Origin: Eledone cirrhosa
Lineage: Eukaryota
Assembly: GCA_964016885.1 (NCBI GenBank)
Contig: OZ024765.1
Coordinates: 22,816,001 to 22,880,000, forward strand
Reading direction: 5' to 3'
Length of the DNA stretch: 64,000 bases
The notes beneath the pieces were generated by a model that was not told the origin of the DNA, did no database searches, and was given only the letters and a program-made list of their open reading frames with translations. A program made the translations under genes and the position numbers. Position 1 is the first letter of the stretch; each line of letters begins with the position of its first letter. Positions 50,855-64,000 of this stretch are shown here, piece after piece.

Positions 50855-52976
50855 AGATAATTGCCATAAAAAGAGTGAATGACAGATTCATTAAAATTAG
50901 ACTAGTTCTAAATAGAACTGTCAATTATACCTGCTGATGCACCCCAATCTAGTCTATCAGACGATATAAAAGACAGGTTCTATGAGTCTCTAATGCTCAC
51001 TGCTTCCCAAATAATGGACAGTGACTACTTAATTATTGCTGGTGACTTTAATGGACATGTTGGACAACACTGTGATGGCTATGGGTTACATGGAGGCTAT
51101 GGGCTTGGTACTAGAAACGAAGAAGGGTGCAGGATCCTGGAATTCTAACTATCTGTAAGACAAACTTCAAAAAACAACACAATTACTTGGTCACCTATAG
51201 ATCAGGGGAGCACACCAGCCAGAGAGACAATTTCAACGACAGAGGACAGCCTTGAGGAGAAGAATGTGAAAGATGGAGGACCCCACAGCCAGAAAGAAAT
51301 TTAGAGGCTTGTTACTCGATGCTTTCTACAGTACGACAACTACAAGAGAAGTACCTAGCTAAAAGTAAACCCCTCTGCTTAGCTTTTGTAGACCTGGAGA
51401 AAGCTTTTGACAGAGTCCCCCGCTCCATTATCTGGTGGGCTCTCAGAAAACTAGGTGTAGATGAATGGCTTGTGAGAGCTATACAAGCCATGTATAATGA
51501 AACAGTCAGTAAGGTTAGAATTAACAATGAATATTGTGAAGAATTTAGTGTAAAAGTTGGCATTCATTAAGGCTCTATCCTTAGCCCCCTCTTATTTATT
51601 ATTGCCCTTCAGGCTATAACAGAGGAGTTCAAGACCGGCTGCCCATGGGAACTCCTATACGCAGATGATCTAACGCTCATAGCTGAATCAATGGCTGAAC
51701 TAGAGAAGAAATTCCAAACATGGAAGCATGGCCTAGAATCAAAAGGCCTTCAAGTTAACTTGTCTAAGACTAAAGTTCTCGTTTGTAGAAAGGAAAATAA
51801 GGCACAGGTACCCTCAGGGAAATGGCCATGCTCAGTGTGTAGGAAAGGAGTAGGCAGAAATTCAATTTTATGTCCCAAATGCAAAGTATGGGTACATAAA
51901 AGATGTAGTGGGATCACAGGTAAACTATCTAAGAACGTAGACTTTATATGTGGCCGATGCTCAGGTGCAATAAGTAGCAAGTGTCCAAAGGATACTAGCT
52001 CCTTCTATTGCCCACATGGTTCTATAGAAATAGTAGACACTTTCCGTTACCTGGGTGACAAAATCAGCAGTGGTGGAGGGTGTTCTGAAAGTACAGTAGT
52101 CAGTCAGAACGGGATGGAAAAAGTTCAGAGAGCTTATACCGCTGTTGGCCACAAAAGGTTTCTCTCTAAAAATGAAAAGCAGATTGTATGATGCCTGTAT
52201 ACGAACAGCAATGCTACATGGCAGTGAGTCATGGGCATTACGTGCAGAGGACCTGCGTAGACTGGAAAGGAACAAAGCATGCATGGTCCGTTGGATGTGT
52301 AATAGTAATATACGTGAACGGCAAAGCATAAACAAACTAAGTGAGAAATTAGGAATAAGAGGGATCAGATGCTGTTTACTTGAGAGAAGACTACGTTGGT
52401 ATGGTCACGAGATGCGCATGAAAGACGACAGTTGCATAAATAAGTGTAGGGCAATCAAAATTGATGGTAGTTACGGAGTAGGTAGACCCAGAAAAACCTG
52501 GGATGATCTGATAAATTCCGACCTCACACACTTACATCTCTCTAAGACAATGTCTCTGGACCGAGATCTTTGCCATTATGCAGTAATACAGAAGACCCGC
52601 CTTGCCTATGTACAAAGTGAAACCTACAGTCAGTAGGCACCTCTTAACCAAATATACACCCCAATCCACTACCCCTACCTTATCCTCCCACTCCCACCAA
52701 CAGCACGAGTTAATGAGATCGACATCGTGTAGGTGTCACAACAAAAAAACACAGTCCACGCTGTAATGTGGTCGTGTAGGTAACACGGTAAAAAGTTCCC
52801 AGTTCCACACTGTAAATGTGGTTGGTGTTAGGAAGGGCATCCAGCCGTAGAAAACATGCCAGACAGTCCTATATGAGCGAGACACGGTCACCCGACCAGC
52901 CTTGCCTCAAGCAGGACAACTCCCGTCTAACCCATGCTAGCGTGGAAAATGGACATTAAACGATGATGATGATGAT
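50855..52976 (+). mobile_element. RTE LINE, internally deleted (APE fragment, RT, long 3' UTR, (GAT)n)
   Basis: IIAGDFNGHVG and GTRNEEGCRILEF (APE); FVDLEKAFD, LLYADD and PHD-like insert; tail GATGATGAT. Confidence 0.92.
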
Positions 52977-53620
52977 ATTTAAAACATATTTGTTATGTTG
53001 TTCTATTGTAAATTTATTTATATGCTCTGTTCATATGTGACACAATTCTCATATCTATAAATGAATGGACTGACAACAATAAATTCACAACTTCAATATC
53101 TATATATAGGTATTGATAAAACCAAAAATGAGTATGGTTTGTTGATTACTCAACGAATGCAATATTACAATAGATTATAAGCACTCAACAGTGATTTTTC
53201 TGGAGTTTTAATATTATTCAAAATGTTAACAAATGAAAAATATTCACATATTCAAAATATATATTTTATTATATATATTTCAAATGTACTGGTGGTGTTT
53301 CAGTACGTTTTCATCAGACAAAATATATAATTTGATATATGACATACTGCTACTGCCTTGATTATTCAATTCCAGTATTGGCAGTGATTTATTTCATCAA
53401 ATCTCACTGCATCCTTTAAAACTTCCATGCTTCCTGAGATTCACCAACACTAAACCTGATATTCCCCCTCCAAACACACACAGGTGTGCGTGTATATCAT
53501 GACTGTTCACTTTCCGGACATTTGTACATTATTCTATGTACTATACATGCACTTTTGATGAGTTGTAGTGCACCTGAGCACTGTACACAATAATTTCATT
53601 ATTATTATACATACAAGAAG

Positions 53621-53812
53621 GGTGGTGGATTGGCAGTATCGGTAGAGGGTCGGAGATGCTTTCCAGCATAGTTACGTCCCTTTATGGTCTGAGTTCAAAT
53701 CCCGCCGAGGTTGACTTTGCCTTTCATCCTTACGGGGTCGATAAAATAAAGTACCAGTAATGTACTGGGTAATGGCTGGCCTTGTGCCAAAAGTAGAAAC
53801 AATTATTATTAT
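53621..53812 (+). mobile_element. tRNA-derived SINE with a Nin-like central domain
   Basis: TGGCAGTATCGGTAG (A box), GAGTTCAAATCCC (B box), GCCTTTCATCCTTACGGGGTCGATAAAATAAAGTACCAG, (ATT)n tail. Confidence 0.85.
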
Positions 53813-53833
53813 CTATAGTTATTGATACATAGG

Positions 53834-53871
<38 letters not shown>

Positions 53872-53916
53872 AAGTATATATACACAGGTATATATATATA
53901 TATATTTTATAGGAAC

Positions 53917-54130
53917 GATCGACATTCGTCAAATCGGACCGAGGAAACAATGTTTCCGTTGGTCTTTCCAATTGCTAATACTATCTATCGGTCGCAACTC
54001 CAGGTAGAAGGAGCAACGTGAAATAAAGTGTCTTGCTCAAGGACATAACGCATCACCTGGTCCAGGAATCGAACTCACAACCTTACGATTGTGAATCCAA
54101 TTCTCTAACCAATCAGCCACACGCCTTCAC
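53917..54130 (-). mobile_element. tRNA-derived SINE, same family as 39789-40010
   Basis: Reverse-complement match over the whole length. Confidence 0.9.
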
Positions 54131-54164
54131 ATATATATATTTATATTTATATATATATATTTCC

Positions 54165-56475
54165 TCTGAAGGGAAGCAGAGGAAAGAAAGTTCAAGCATG
54201 TTCTACAGCGCGAGGACCAAAAACGTGAGGTGTTCAGGATTGCTAGGCAATGTGTCAAGGAAAACCATGATATTGTCGGGGAGAAGTGTGTCCTTAATGA
54301 TGATGATGTACTTGCCATCACCGACGCTGATAAGAAGGTAGCTTAGAAGTGTCACTACGAAAGGCTACTAAATGAGGAGAATAAATGGGAGAAAGACAGT
54401 CTCCCCCACATCGATCCAATAGAGGGACCGGCAGTGCAAGTTAAAGGTAGTATAATAAGTAAGGCAATCAATGATATGAAGACGGGTAAGGCAGCTGGGC
54501 CTTCGGAAATAGTTGCTGAAATGCTGAAAGCATCTGAATCGGTCGGACAAACTATAGTCACCCGGATAGTAAACCAAGTCATTCAGAATGGGGTCGTTCC
54601 GAAGGACTGGTGTAGCAGCATCATCATTAACTGCTACAAGGGTAAAAGAGATGCCCTAGATAGGGGTAACTATAGAGGCATTAAATTAATCGACCAGGTC
54701 ATGAAGGTCACAGAAAAAGTAATAGCGCAACTAATCAGAGAGCGAATTGATTTAGATGAAATGCAGTTCGGGTTTGTGTCGGGTAAAAGTACCACAGACG
54801 CTCTTTTCATTGTACGACAACTACAGGAGAAGTACCTAGCTAAAAGTAAACCCCTATACTTAGCTTTTGTAGACTTGGAGAAAGCCTTTGACAGTGTCCC
54901 CCGTTCCATTATCTGGTGGGCTCTCAGAAAACTAGGTGTAGATGAATGGCTTGTGAGAGCTATACAAGCTATGTATAATGAAACAGTCAGCAAGGTTAGA
55001 ATTAACAACGAATATAGTGAAGAGTTTAGCGTAAAAGTTGGTGTTCATCAGGGCTCCGTTCTTAGCTCCCTACTATTTATTATTGCCCTTCTGGCTATAA
55101 CAGAGGAGTTCAAGACCGGCTGCCCATGGGAACTCCTATACGCAGATGATCTAACGCTCATAGCTGAATCAATGGCTGAAATAGAGAAGAAATTCCAAAC
55201 ATGGAAGCATGGCCTAGAATCAAAAGGCCTTAGAATTAACCTGTCTAAGACTAAAGTTCTAGTTTGTAGGAAGGAAAATAGGGCACCGGTCCCATCTGGA
55301 AAATGGCCATGCTCAGTGTGTAGGAAAGGAGTAGGCAGAAACTCCATTTTATGTCAAAATGCAAAGTATGGGTGCATAAAAGATGTAGTGGGATCACAGG
55401 TAAGCTAACTAAGAATATAGATTTTATATGTGGCCGGTGCTCAGGTGCAATAAGTAGCAGCAAGTGCCCACAATACTAGCTCATTCCATTACACAGATGG
55501 TTCTATAGAAATAGTGGACACCTTCCGTTACCTGGGTGACAAAATCAGCAGTGGTGGAGGGTGCTCTGAAAGTACAGTGCCTAGAGTCAGAACGGGATGG
55601 AAAAAGTTCAGAAAGCTTATACCACTATTGGCCGCTAAAGGGTTCTCTCTAAAAATGAAAGTCAGGCTGTATGATGCCTGCATACGAACAACAATGTTAC
55701 ATGGCAGTGAGACTTGGGCATTGTGTGCAGAGGATATACGCAGACTGGAGAGAAACGAAGCTTGCATGCTCCGCTGGATGTGTAATAGTAATATATGTGA
55801 ACGGCAAAGCATAAAAGAACTAAGGGAGAAATTAGGAATAAGAGGTATCAGATGTTGTTTACTCGAGAGAAGGCTACGTTGGTACGGTCACGTGATGCGC
55901 ATGAAAGTCGACAGCTGTATAAAAAAGTGCAGGGCGATAAAAATAGACGGTAGTCACGGAGTAGGCAGACCCAGAAAAACCTGGGACGACTTGATAAATT
56001 CCGACCTCACACACACCTCTCCAAGACAATGTCACTGGACCGAGATCTTTGGCGCTACACAGTAATACAGAAGACCCGCCTTGCCTAAGTACAAAGCGAA
56101 ACCGACAGTCAGTAGGCACCTCTAACAAAAATACACCCCCGTCCCACTACCCCCACCCCATCCACACCACCCCTTTCGATGTAAAGTTATGTTGGTGCCA
56201 CAACATCCAGTCCGAAATAAATGAGGTCGTGTAGGTGTCACGACAAAAAAACACACAGTCCACGCTGTAATGTGGCCGTGTAGGCAACACGGTAAAAACC
56301 TCCCAGCCCTACACTGTAAATGTGGTTGGTGTTAGGAAGGGCATCCAGCTGTAGAAAACCCGCCAGACAGTCCTGAACAAGACAACCAATCCTGCCTCAA
56401 GTGGGACAATTCCCGTCCAGACCCATGCAAGTGTGGAAGATGGACATTAAACGATGATGATGGTGATGATGATGA
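54165..56475 (+). mobile_element. 5'-truncated RTE LINE with long 3' UTR and (GAT)n tail
   Basis: ORFs 54434-55408 and 55514-56065 carry RT motifs; closely similar to 51320-52976. Confidence 0.94.
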
Positions 56476-56478
56476 TAT

Positions 56479-56521
<43 letters not shown>

Positions 56522-56574
56522 GTGTATATACATTGATATATATACCTATACATCAATACCTGTGTATAGATATA

Positions 56575-58603
56575 TAGATCAGGGGAGCATTCTAGTCAGA
56601 TAGATTTTATCCTCATCAGAGGGCGTGACAGGTGGACGGTTGTAAACACAAAAGCCTTCCCTGGTGAGGAACGTACCTCCCAACATAGCTTAGTTGTCAG
56701 TGACCTCACGGTCAGAACTAGACGAACCTGGAAACAGAGGCCAACCTGGAGAAGAAAGATCTGGAAGCTGAAAGACCCCTCAGCCAGTAACAGATTTAAA
56801 GATATTTTACTCAACGCCTACGACAGTAAAGAACAGATAGAGACATTCAATGTAGAAGAGAACTGGGAATTCCTAAAAAATAACTTACTAGAGGCGACGG
56901 ATGAGGTCTGTGGCTGGAGTAAGACCACAGGCAGGAGGAGAGTGACTTGGTGGTGGAACAATAAGGTAGATGAGGCAGTTAAGACTAAGAGACAGGCATG
57001 GAAAGAATGGAAGAACGGGGGGAGCAGGGTACATTACATAGAGACCAGGAGGGAAGCTAGGCGACAAGTATACTTAGCTAGGAGGGAAGCAGAGGATAGA
57101 AAATTCAAACATGTTTTGCAACATGAGGACCAGAAACAAGAGGTGTTCAAGATTGCGAGGCAGTGTCAGAGAGAATTGTGATGTCATTGGAGAGAAGTGT
57201 TTCCGGAATGATAAAGGTGAGCTTGCCCTCACAAGTGCTGAGAAGAAAGCTGCGTGGCAAAGCCATTATGAAAGATTACTAAACGAGGAGAATGCATGGG
57301 AAAAAGAGACCCTACCTACCCCAAGTGGACCCTATAGAGGGGCCAGCAGTACAAGTCAGCAGTAGTGTAGTAAGTAAGGCAACCGGTCCATCGGGTATAG
57401 CTGCCGAGATGCTGAATGCATCTGGGTCTGTAGGTCACACTATAACCACACGTATTGTTAACCAGGTAATACTAGGTGTCATACCAAAGGATTGGTGCAG
57501 TAGCATCATTGTCAACTGCTACAAAGGTAAAGGTGACGCACTAGATAGAGGAAACTATAGAGGTATAAAGCTGATGGACCAGGTCATGAAAGTAACAGAA
57601 AGAGTTATAGCACAGTTGATTAGGGACCGGGTGAAACTAGATGAGATGCAATTTGGGTTTGTACCAGGGAAAGACACCACTGATGCCCTCTTCCTTGTGA
57701 GGCAGTTGCAGGAAAAGTACCTAGCTAAAAGTAAGCCACTCTACTTGGCATTCGTCGATCTGGAAAAAGCCTTTGACAGAGTTCCACGTGCTGTAATCTG
57801 GTGGGCTCTTAGAAAATTCGGAGTAGATGAATGGCTTGTGAAAGCGGTACAAGCCATGTATAGAGGAGCAGTCAAGAAAGTTAGGATTAGCAATGAGTAT
57901 AGCGAGGAATTTAGTGTACAGGTTGGGGTCCACCAGGGCTCTGTTCTTAGCCCTCTCCTGTTCATCATAGTCCTGCAGGCAATAACGGAGGAGTTTAAGA
58001 CCGGATGCCCATGGGAACTCTTGTATGAAGATGACCTCGCACTTATAGCTGAATCTATGGTAGAACTAGAGAAGAAATTCCAAACTTGGAAGCAGGGACT
58101 AGAAAGAAAGGGTCTCAAAGTCAACATGACAAAGACTAAGGTTCTTGTAAGTAGACGAGAAAACAGAACCCAGATTCCCTCAGGGAAATGGCCTTGCTCA
58201 GTATGTAGGAAAGTTGTAGGTAGGAACTCCATCCTCTGCCCCAAATGCAAACAATGGGTACACAAGAGATGTAGAGGGATCTCAGGAAGTTAAACTAAGA
58301 ATGTAGGCTTCACATGCAGCAGCTGTGCTGGGACAGCAAGCAGCAAACAGCCACAGGAAACAAGTACCACCAATCTCTGGGAGGCCTCTGTAGAGACAGT
58401 AGACAGCTTCTGCTACCTAGGTGACCGAATTAGCAGCGGAGGTGGGTGTTCGGAAAGTACAATAACTAGGGTAAGAACAGGATGGAAGAAGTTCAGGGAG
58501 CTACTGCCACTGCTAGCTGCAAAAAGGCTTCTCCCTCAAAATGAAAGGCAGACTGTATGATGCGTGTATACGAACAGCAATGTTGCATGGTAGTGAGACC
58601 TGG
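56575..58603 (+). mobile_element. RTE LINE fragment (end of APE through RT), truncated at both ends
   Basis: SQIDFIL...QHSLVVSDL, TWWWN, RT motifs with catalytic YEDD, frameshifts. Confidence 0.93.
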
Positions 58604-58766
58604 GTATATATATATATATAGATATACCAGTTATTGATATATAGGTATATATATATATATATACACAGTTGTTGATATATAGGTATATATATATATATAT
58701 ATATACACGCAGTTATTGATATATAGGTATATATATATATATATATATACACAGTTGTTGATATAT

Positions 58767-58821
<55 letters not shown>

Positions 58822-58834
58822 GTTATTGATATAT

Positions 58835-58877
<43 letters not shown>

Positions 58878-58912
58878 GTTATTGATATATAGGTATATAC
58901 ACAGTTATTGAC
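58604..58912. repeat. Minisatellite CACAGTTATTGATATATAGG(TA)n
   Basis: About 7 units with variable TA runs. Confidence 0.93.
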
Positions 58913-59174
58913 ATGTATGTATGTATGTACACTCCCTCTCTTCGGAGGAATGATAAAATGTCTTCAATTCTGAAGAGACTGGCAATTATATACTATCATA
59001 TATAATTCTCTATTATATATACATATATGTATATACTGGTTTTTCCACATTATACATATTGTTAGCACCCCAAACACTTAAATTGGGTTTATATTTAAAT
59101 ATAACCTAATGTTTGTTGAGTGAGATGGTTACCAGTCAGAGTTTAGCTTTAAACTATCTCTGTTATTGTATTAA

Positions 59175-59206
<32 letters not shown>

Positions 59207-59587
59207 ATAGTTTGAAACTAGCTGTTGAAATGGCAAGAGCTCAGCTGTCGGGGTCCTGACTCTTTCATATATATATATATCCAGACACACACGTGTGTGT
59301 ATGTGTTTAACAATAAGTCAACAATAGCGTCATTGGTTTCCTGTGTTTGAGTCACCAACAGATAACTGGATTAAATAATAAACTCCACCTGTTAACTTCC
59401 TGCGAGAGGGATTGGTTTGCCCGCTATCTCTAGCAGGTCGATTAACAATAGACTGATAATGATAATGATAACGATGATGGTGATAATGGTGGTGATAATG
59501 GTGGTGATGGTGCAGGTGATGGTGGTATATTTGTTATATCTAGCACCTTTGTTGGTTGTAGCGAATGTCACGAAACTTATATACTTT

Positions 59588-59980
59588 AGTATTAATAGTC
59601 ATAATTGTTTCTACTTTAGGCACAAGGCCAGCAAATTACCCAGTGTATTACTGGTACTTTATTTTATCGGCCCCGTAAGGATGAAAGGCAAAGTTAACCT
59701 CGGCGGGATTTGAACTCAGTATTAATAGTAATAATTGTTTCTACGTTAGGCACAAGGCCAGCAATTATCCCAGTGTATTACTGGTACTTTATTTTATCGA
59801 CCCCAGTATTAATAGTAATAATAATGGTTTCTTATACAAGCACAAGGACAGCAATTTGGGGGGAGGGGAAAGTCGATTAAATTGACCCGCAGTACATTAC
59901 TGGTACTTTATTTATCGAACCCGTAAAAATGAAAGCTAAAACTATTTGCAATTTGGCCTGATTTGCAATTAGAACGTAAA
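59588..59980 (-). mobile_element. Three tandem partial Nin-like SINE copies
   Basis: Repeated GCACAAGGCCAGCAA...ACTGGTACTTTATTTTATCG, the reverse complement of 53690-53812. Confidence 0.8.
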
Positions 59981-61199
59981 TAGCCGTAAATGTCTGCCAC
60001 GAAGCATGTCCGAGATAATAATAGTAGTAGCAGTACTATTGCCGTCGTTAATATCTCCTTAGTGCGAACCTTGTGTGGCCCAATAAAGAAATTATTATTA
60101 TTAGTATTATAAGTGTTAGTAGTAGTAGTATATTAGTATTTAAGGTTTTGCTTTTACTCACCTCTTAATAACCCTTATTTAAGTCCAAGGGGTTAAACCT
60201 TTATGCCTCATCAGCTCACATTGACTTTGAGGTTCTTAATTACACACAACGTCCGTAATGACACACCTGCGATAATTATCCCATAATTTACCCTATATTA
60301 TATTGTAAGTTATATAATTATATTATTTCATAAATTATATAATTTATATATTATTTACAAGTTATATAATCCGTTTATTTCATATATTTTGCTGACTCAG
60401 ACCTCAAAGTTTGTTAATTTTCTCCTCTTTACGTTTGTCACTTTTACACAACGATACGTCAACCCTTCTGGTTAATAAAGAAAGTATTATTAAAAATATT
60501 ATTATATTATAAATATTATTTTTTTTTCCTTCGTTCGTCTTCTTGTTCGAAGTAACTTATCCTTTGCGGAGTTTTACAGAAATCCTTACATAATGAATTG
60601 TTGATTTAAGGTTTAAACAGGTTAACTTTACCTTTCATCCATTCCAGTTCGATAAAAAAAACAGTACCAGTCAAATACTGTGTTCGATTCTTCCTCTATA
60701 TCTCTTTCTTACTTCTGTTCTTTCTCACACTCTTTGTCTCTGTCCTTCTCTAGAAGAAATCTGTTTGTAGTCAGACCTGCAGCGGAAACATGGGTTCTGT
60801 TAGGGTTTTTTTCATGCCCCAGAAATGCCGTATGTCACCAACCACGGTATCCCTATGACTCCCGGGACCATGTATATATTTATACAAACAAACTATTCGT
60901 TCGTTAGTCGTCGGCTTCTCTTCCTATCCTGATACCTATAGCGAGGTTTGTGGTGTAGTTGTCACCACAAAGTAATATATCAAGAAGCATTAATATGACA
61001 ATGAAGGTGTCTTTTAACGTCCATAGTTGTTGCCAACTACTGAAATGATTGTCACAATTTATTGTCGTGCGCCGCCGCTCTTTCCTCTCTCACGACCTCT
61101 CCTTTCCTCATTTCTTCTCCTGTCCCACTTTCACACAATCACAAACACACCCACACTTACTCACTATCTATATCTCTGTCTATTGGGCCTTCTCTGTAT

Positions 61200-61449
61200 A
61201 TAAACCTGTAGGTTGAAGAAGAGAGCAACAGGAAGAAAGGGGCACTTGCACAACATGTTCCCGGAGTTGAGGGTTGTTCTATCTACGGGGTATAAAGCAA
61301 CCCACTTGTAATGCCTCCCCCCTATTGGGGATTTCGATTGTTGAATTTGTTTGTTGAAAATATTTTTACACGATTGTATGTAAAATCCCCGGCACGTGTC
61401 TTTATTTTGTCCCCTTTTCTTGTGCGCCCTTGCGGCAAATAAAGAAATC
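61200..61449 (+). mobile_element. Possible 3' end of a non-LTR element
   Basis: Ends GTGCGCCCTTGCGGCAAATAAAGAAAT plus a simple repeat; similar end GTGCGAACCTTGTGTGGCCCAATAAAGAAAT(TAT)n at ~60062-60100. Confidence 0.4.
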
Positions 61450-61604
61450 TACCTATCTATACTTCACTATCTCACTCTTTCTCTCCCACTCTTTCACACT
61501 CCCTCTCTCTATCTCTGCCTTTCCCTCTCACTCTCCCCTCTTCCTTATCATTCGATCTATATTTCCCTTTCCCACATTATTTTTATTTCTGTCTCCTTAC
61601 ATAA

Positions 61605-64000
61605 CCTACCTACCTACCTACCTCCCTGTTACCTACCTACCTACCTACCTACCTACCTACCTACCTACCTACCTACCTCCCTACCTACCTCCCTGTTACC
61701 TACCTACCTACCTACCTACCTACCTACCTCCCTGTTACCTACCTACCTACCTACCTACCTACCTACCTACCTACCTACCTACCTCCCTGTTACCTACCTA
61801 CCTACCTACCTACCTCCTACCTACTTACCTACCTACCTACCTACCTACCTACTTACCTACCTACCTACCTACCTACCTACCTACCTACCTACTTACCTAC
61901 CTACCTACCTACCTACCTACCTACCTACCTACCTACCTCCCTGTTACCTACCTACCTACCTACCTACCTCCCTGTTACCTACCTACCTACCTCCCTGTTA
62001 CCTACCTACCTACCTACCTACCTCCCTGTTACCTACCTACCTACCTACCTCCCTGTTACCTACCTACCTCCCTGTTACCTACCTACCTGTTACCTACCTA
62101 CCTACCTACCTACCTACCTACCTACCTCCCTGTTACCTACCTACCTACCTACCTACCTACCTACCTACCTCCATGTTACCTACCTACCTCCCTGTTACCT
62201 ACCTACCTACCTACCTACCTACCTCCATGTTACCTACCTACCTACCTGTTACCTACCTACCTACCTACCTACCTGTTACCTACCTACCTACCTACCTACC
62301 TACCTCCCTATTACCTACCTACCTCCTACCTACCTACCTACCTACCTACCTACCTACCTCCCTATTACCTACCTCCCTATTACCTACCTACCTACCTACC
62401 TACCTACCTACCTACCTGTTACCTACCTACCTACCTATTACCTACCTACCTACCTACCTCCCTGTTACCTACCTCCCTACCTACCTACCTCCCTACCTAC
62501 CTACCTACCTACCTACCTACCTACCTACCTACCTACCTACCTACCTACCTACCTACCTACCTCCCTACCTACCTACCTACCTACCTACCTACCTACCTAC
62601 CTACCTACCTCCCTGTTACCTACCTACCTACCTACCTACCTACATCCCTGTTACCTACCTACCTACCTACCTCCCTGTTACCTACCTACCTACCTACCTA
62701 CCTCCCTGTTACCTACCTACCTACCTCCCTACCTACCTACCTACCTACCTACCTACCTACCTACCTACCTCCCTGTTACCTACCTACCTACCTACCTACC
62801 TACCTACCTCCCTACCTCCCTACCTACCTACCTACCTCCCTGTTACCTACCTACCTACCTGTTACCTACCTACCTACCTACCTACCTACCTACCTACCTA
62901 CCTCCCTGTTACCTACCTACCTACCTCCCTACCTACCTACCTACCTACCTCCCTGTTACCTACCTACCTACCTGTTACCTACCTACCTACCTACCTACCT
63001 ACCTACCTCCCTGTTACCTACCTACCTGTTACCTACCTACCTACCTACCTACCTACCTACCTCCCTGTTACCTACCTACCTACCTACCTACCTCCCTGTT
63101 ACCTACCTACCTACCTCCCTACCTACCTACCTCCCTGTTACCTACCTACCTACCTACCTACCTCCCTGTTACCTACCTACCTACCTACCTACCTACCTAC
63201 CTACCTACCTCCCTGTTACCTACCTACCTACCTACCTACCTACCTACCTGTTACCTACCTACCTACCTACCTCCCTGTTACCTACCTACCTACCTACCTA
63301 CCTACCTACCTCCCTGTTACCTACCTACCTACCTACCTACCTACCTACCTACCTCCCTGTTACCTACCTACCTACCTATCTACCTACCTACCTCCCTGTT
63401 ACCTACCTACCTACCTACCTACCTCCCTGTTACCTACCTACCTACCTACCTACCTACCTGTTACCTACCTACCTACCTACCTACCTACCTACCTCCCTGT
63501 TACCTACCTACCTACCTACCTACCTACCTACCTCCCTGTTACCTACCTACCTACCTATCTACCTACCTACCTCCCTGTTACCTACCTACCTACCTACCTA
63601 CCTACCTCCCTGTTACCTACCTACCTACCTACCTACCTACCTCCCTGTTACCTACCTACCTACCTGTTACCTACCTACCTACCTACCTCCCTGTTACCTA
63701 CCTACCTACCTACCTACCTACCTACCTACCTATTACCTACCTCCTACCTACCTACCTACCTACCTACCTACCCACCTACCTGTTACCTACCTACCTCCCT
63801 GTTACCTACCTACCTACCTACCTACCTACCTCCCTGTTACCTACCTACCTACCTACCTACCTCCCTACCTACCTACCTACCTACCTACCTCCCTGTTACC
63901 TACCTACCTCCCTACCTACCTACCTACCTCCCTGTTACCTACCTACCTACCTACCTACCTCCCTGTTACCTACCTACCTCCCTACCTACCTACCTACCTA
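61605..64000. repeat. (CTAC)n microsatellite array punctuated by CTCCCTGTTA; continues beyond the window
   Basis: Read directly from the sequence. Confidence 0.98.

Noticed and set aside
53285-53322. Minus-strand CTGATGA...GAAA hammerhead candidate
   Set aside because: Stem II and stem III do not pair, and there is no proper UH site
58936-58980. CTGAAGA within a small hairpin
   Set aside because: No downstream GAAA or stem architecture
61605-64000. Telomeric array
   Set aside because: The unit is CTAC/GTAG, not TTAGGG-like; it is an ordinary tetranucleotide microsatellite

Overview
AT-rich, repeat-dominated animal genomic DNA, not prokaryotic. The SINE and RTE motifs suggest a cephalopod such as an octopus (inference). 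There is one plausible host coding exon (44766-45653, minus strand), encoding a 2-TM protein with a long disordered tail. The rest is transposon debris and satellites: RTE LINEs with a PHD-like finger inside the RT, two DD37D Tc1/mariner copies, a decayed Gypsy element, LTRs, two non-autonomous Helitrons, MITEs, tRNA-derived SINEs, a 29-bp satellite with a 1375-bp higher-order duplication, and about 17 kb of nearly pure AT tract containing a 200-N gap. The most striking unannotated signal is about ten non-coding inverted-repeat modules. Three (37.9-38.4, 42.6-43.0, 45.9-46.2 kb) carry a minimal type I hammerhead ribozyme on each arm: CTGAnGA, stem II, GAAA, a (near-)palindromic stem III, then TA. 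Several other modules carry degenerate cores. They resemble Penelope-like-element pLTR or retrozyme-like remnants, and two of them bracket the host exon in sense orientation. All calls were made by eye; no searches or folding programs were run.
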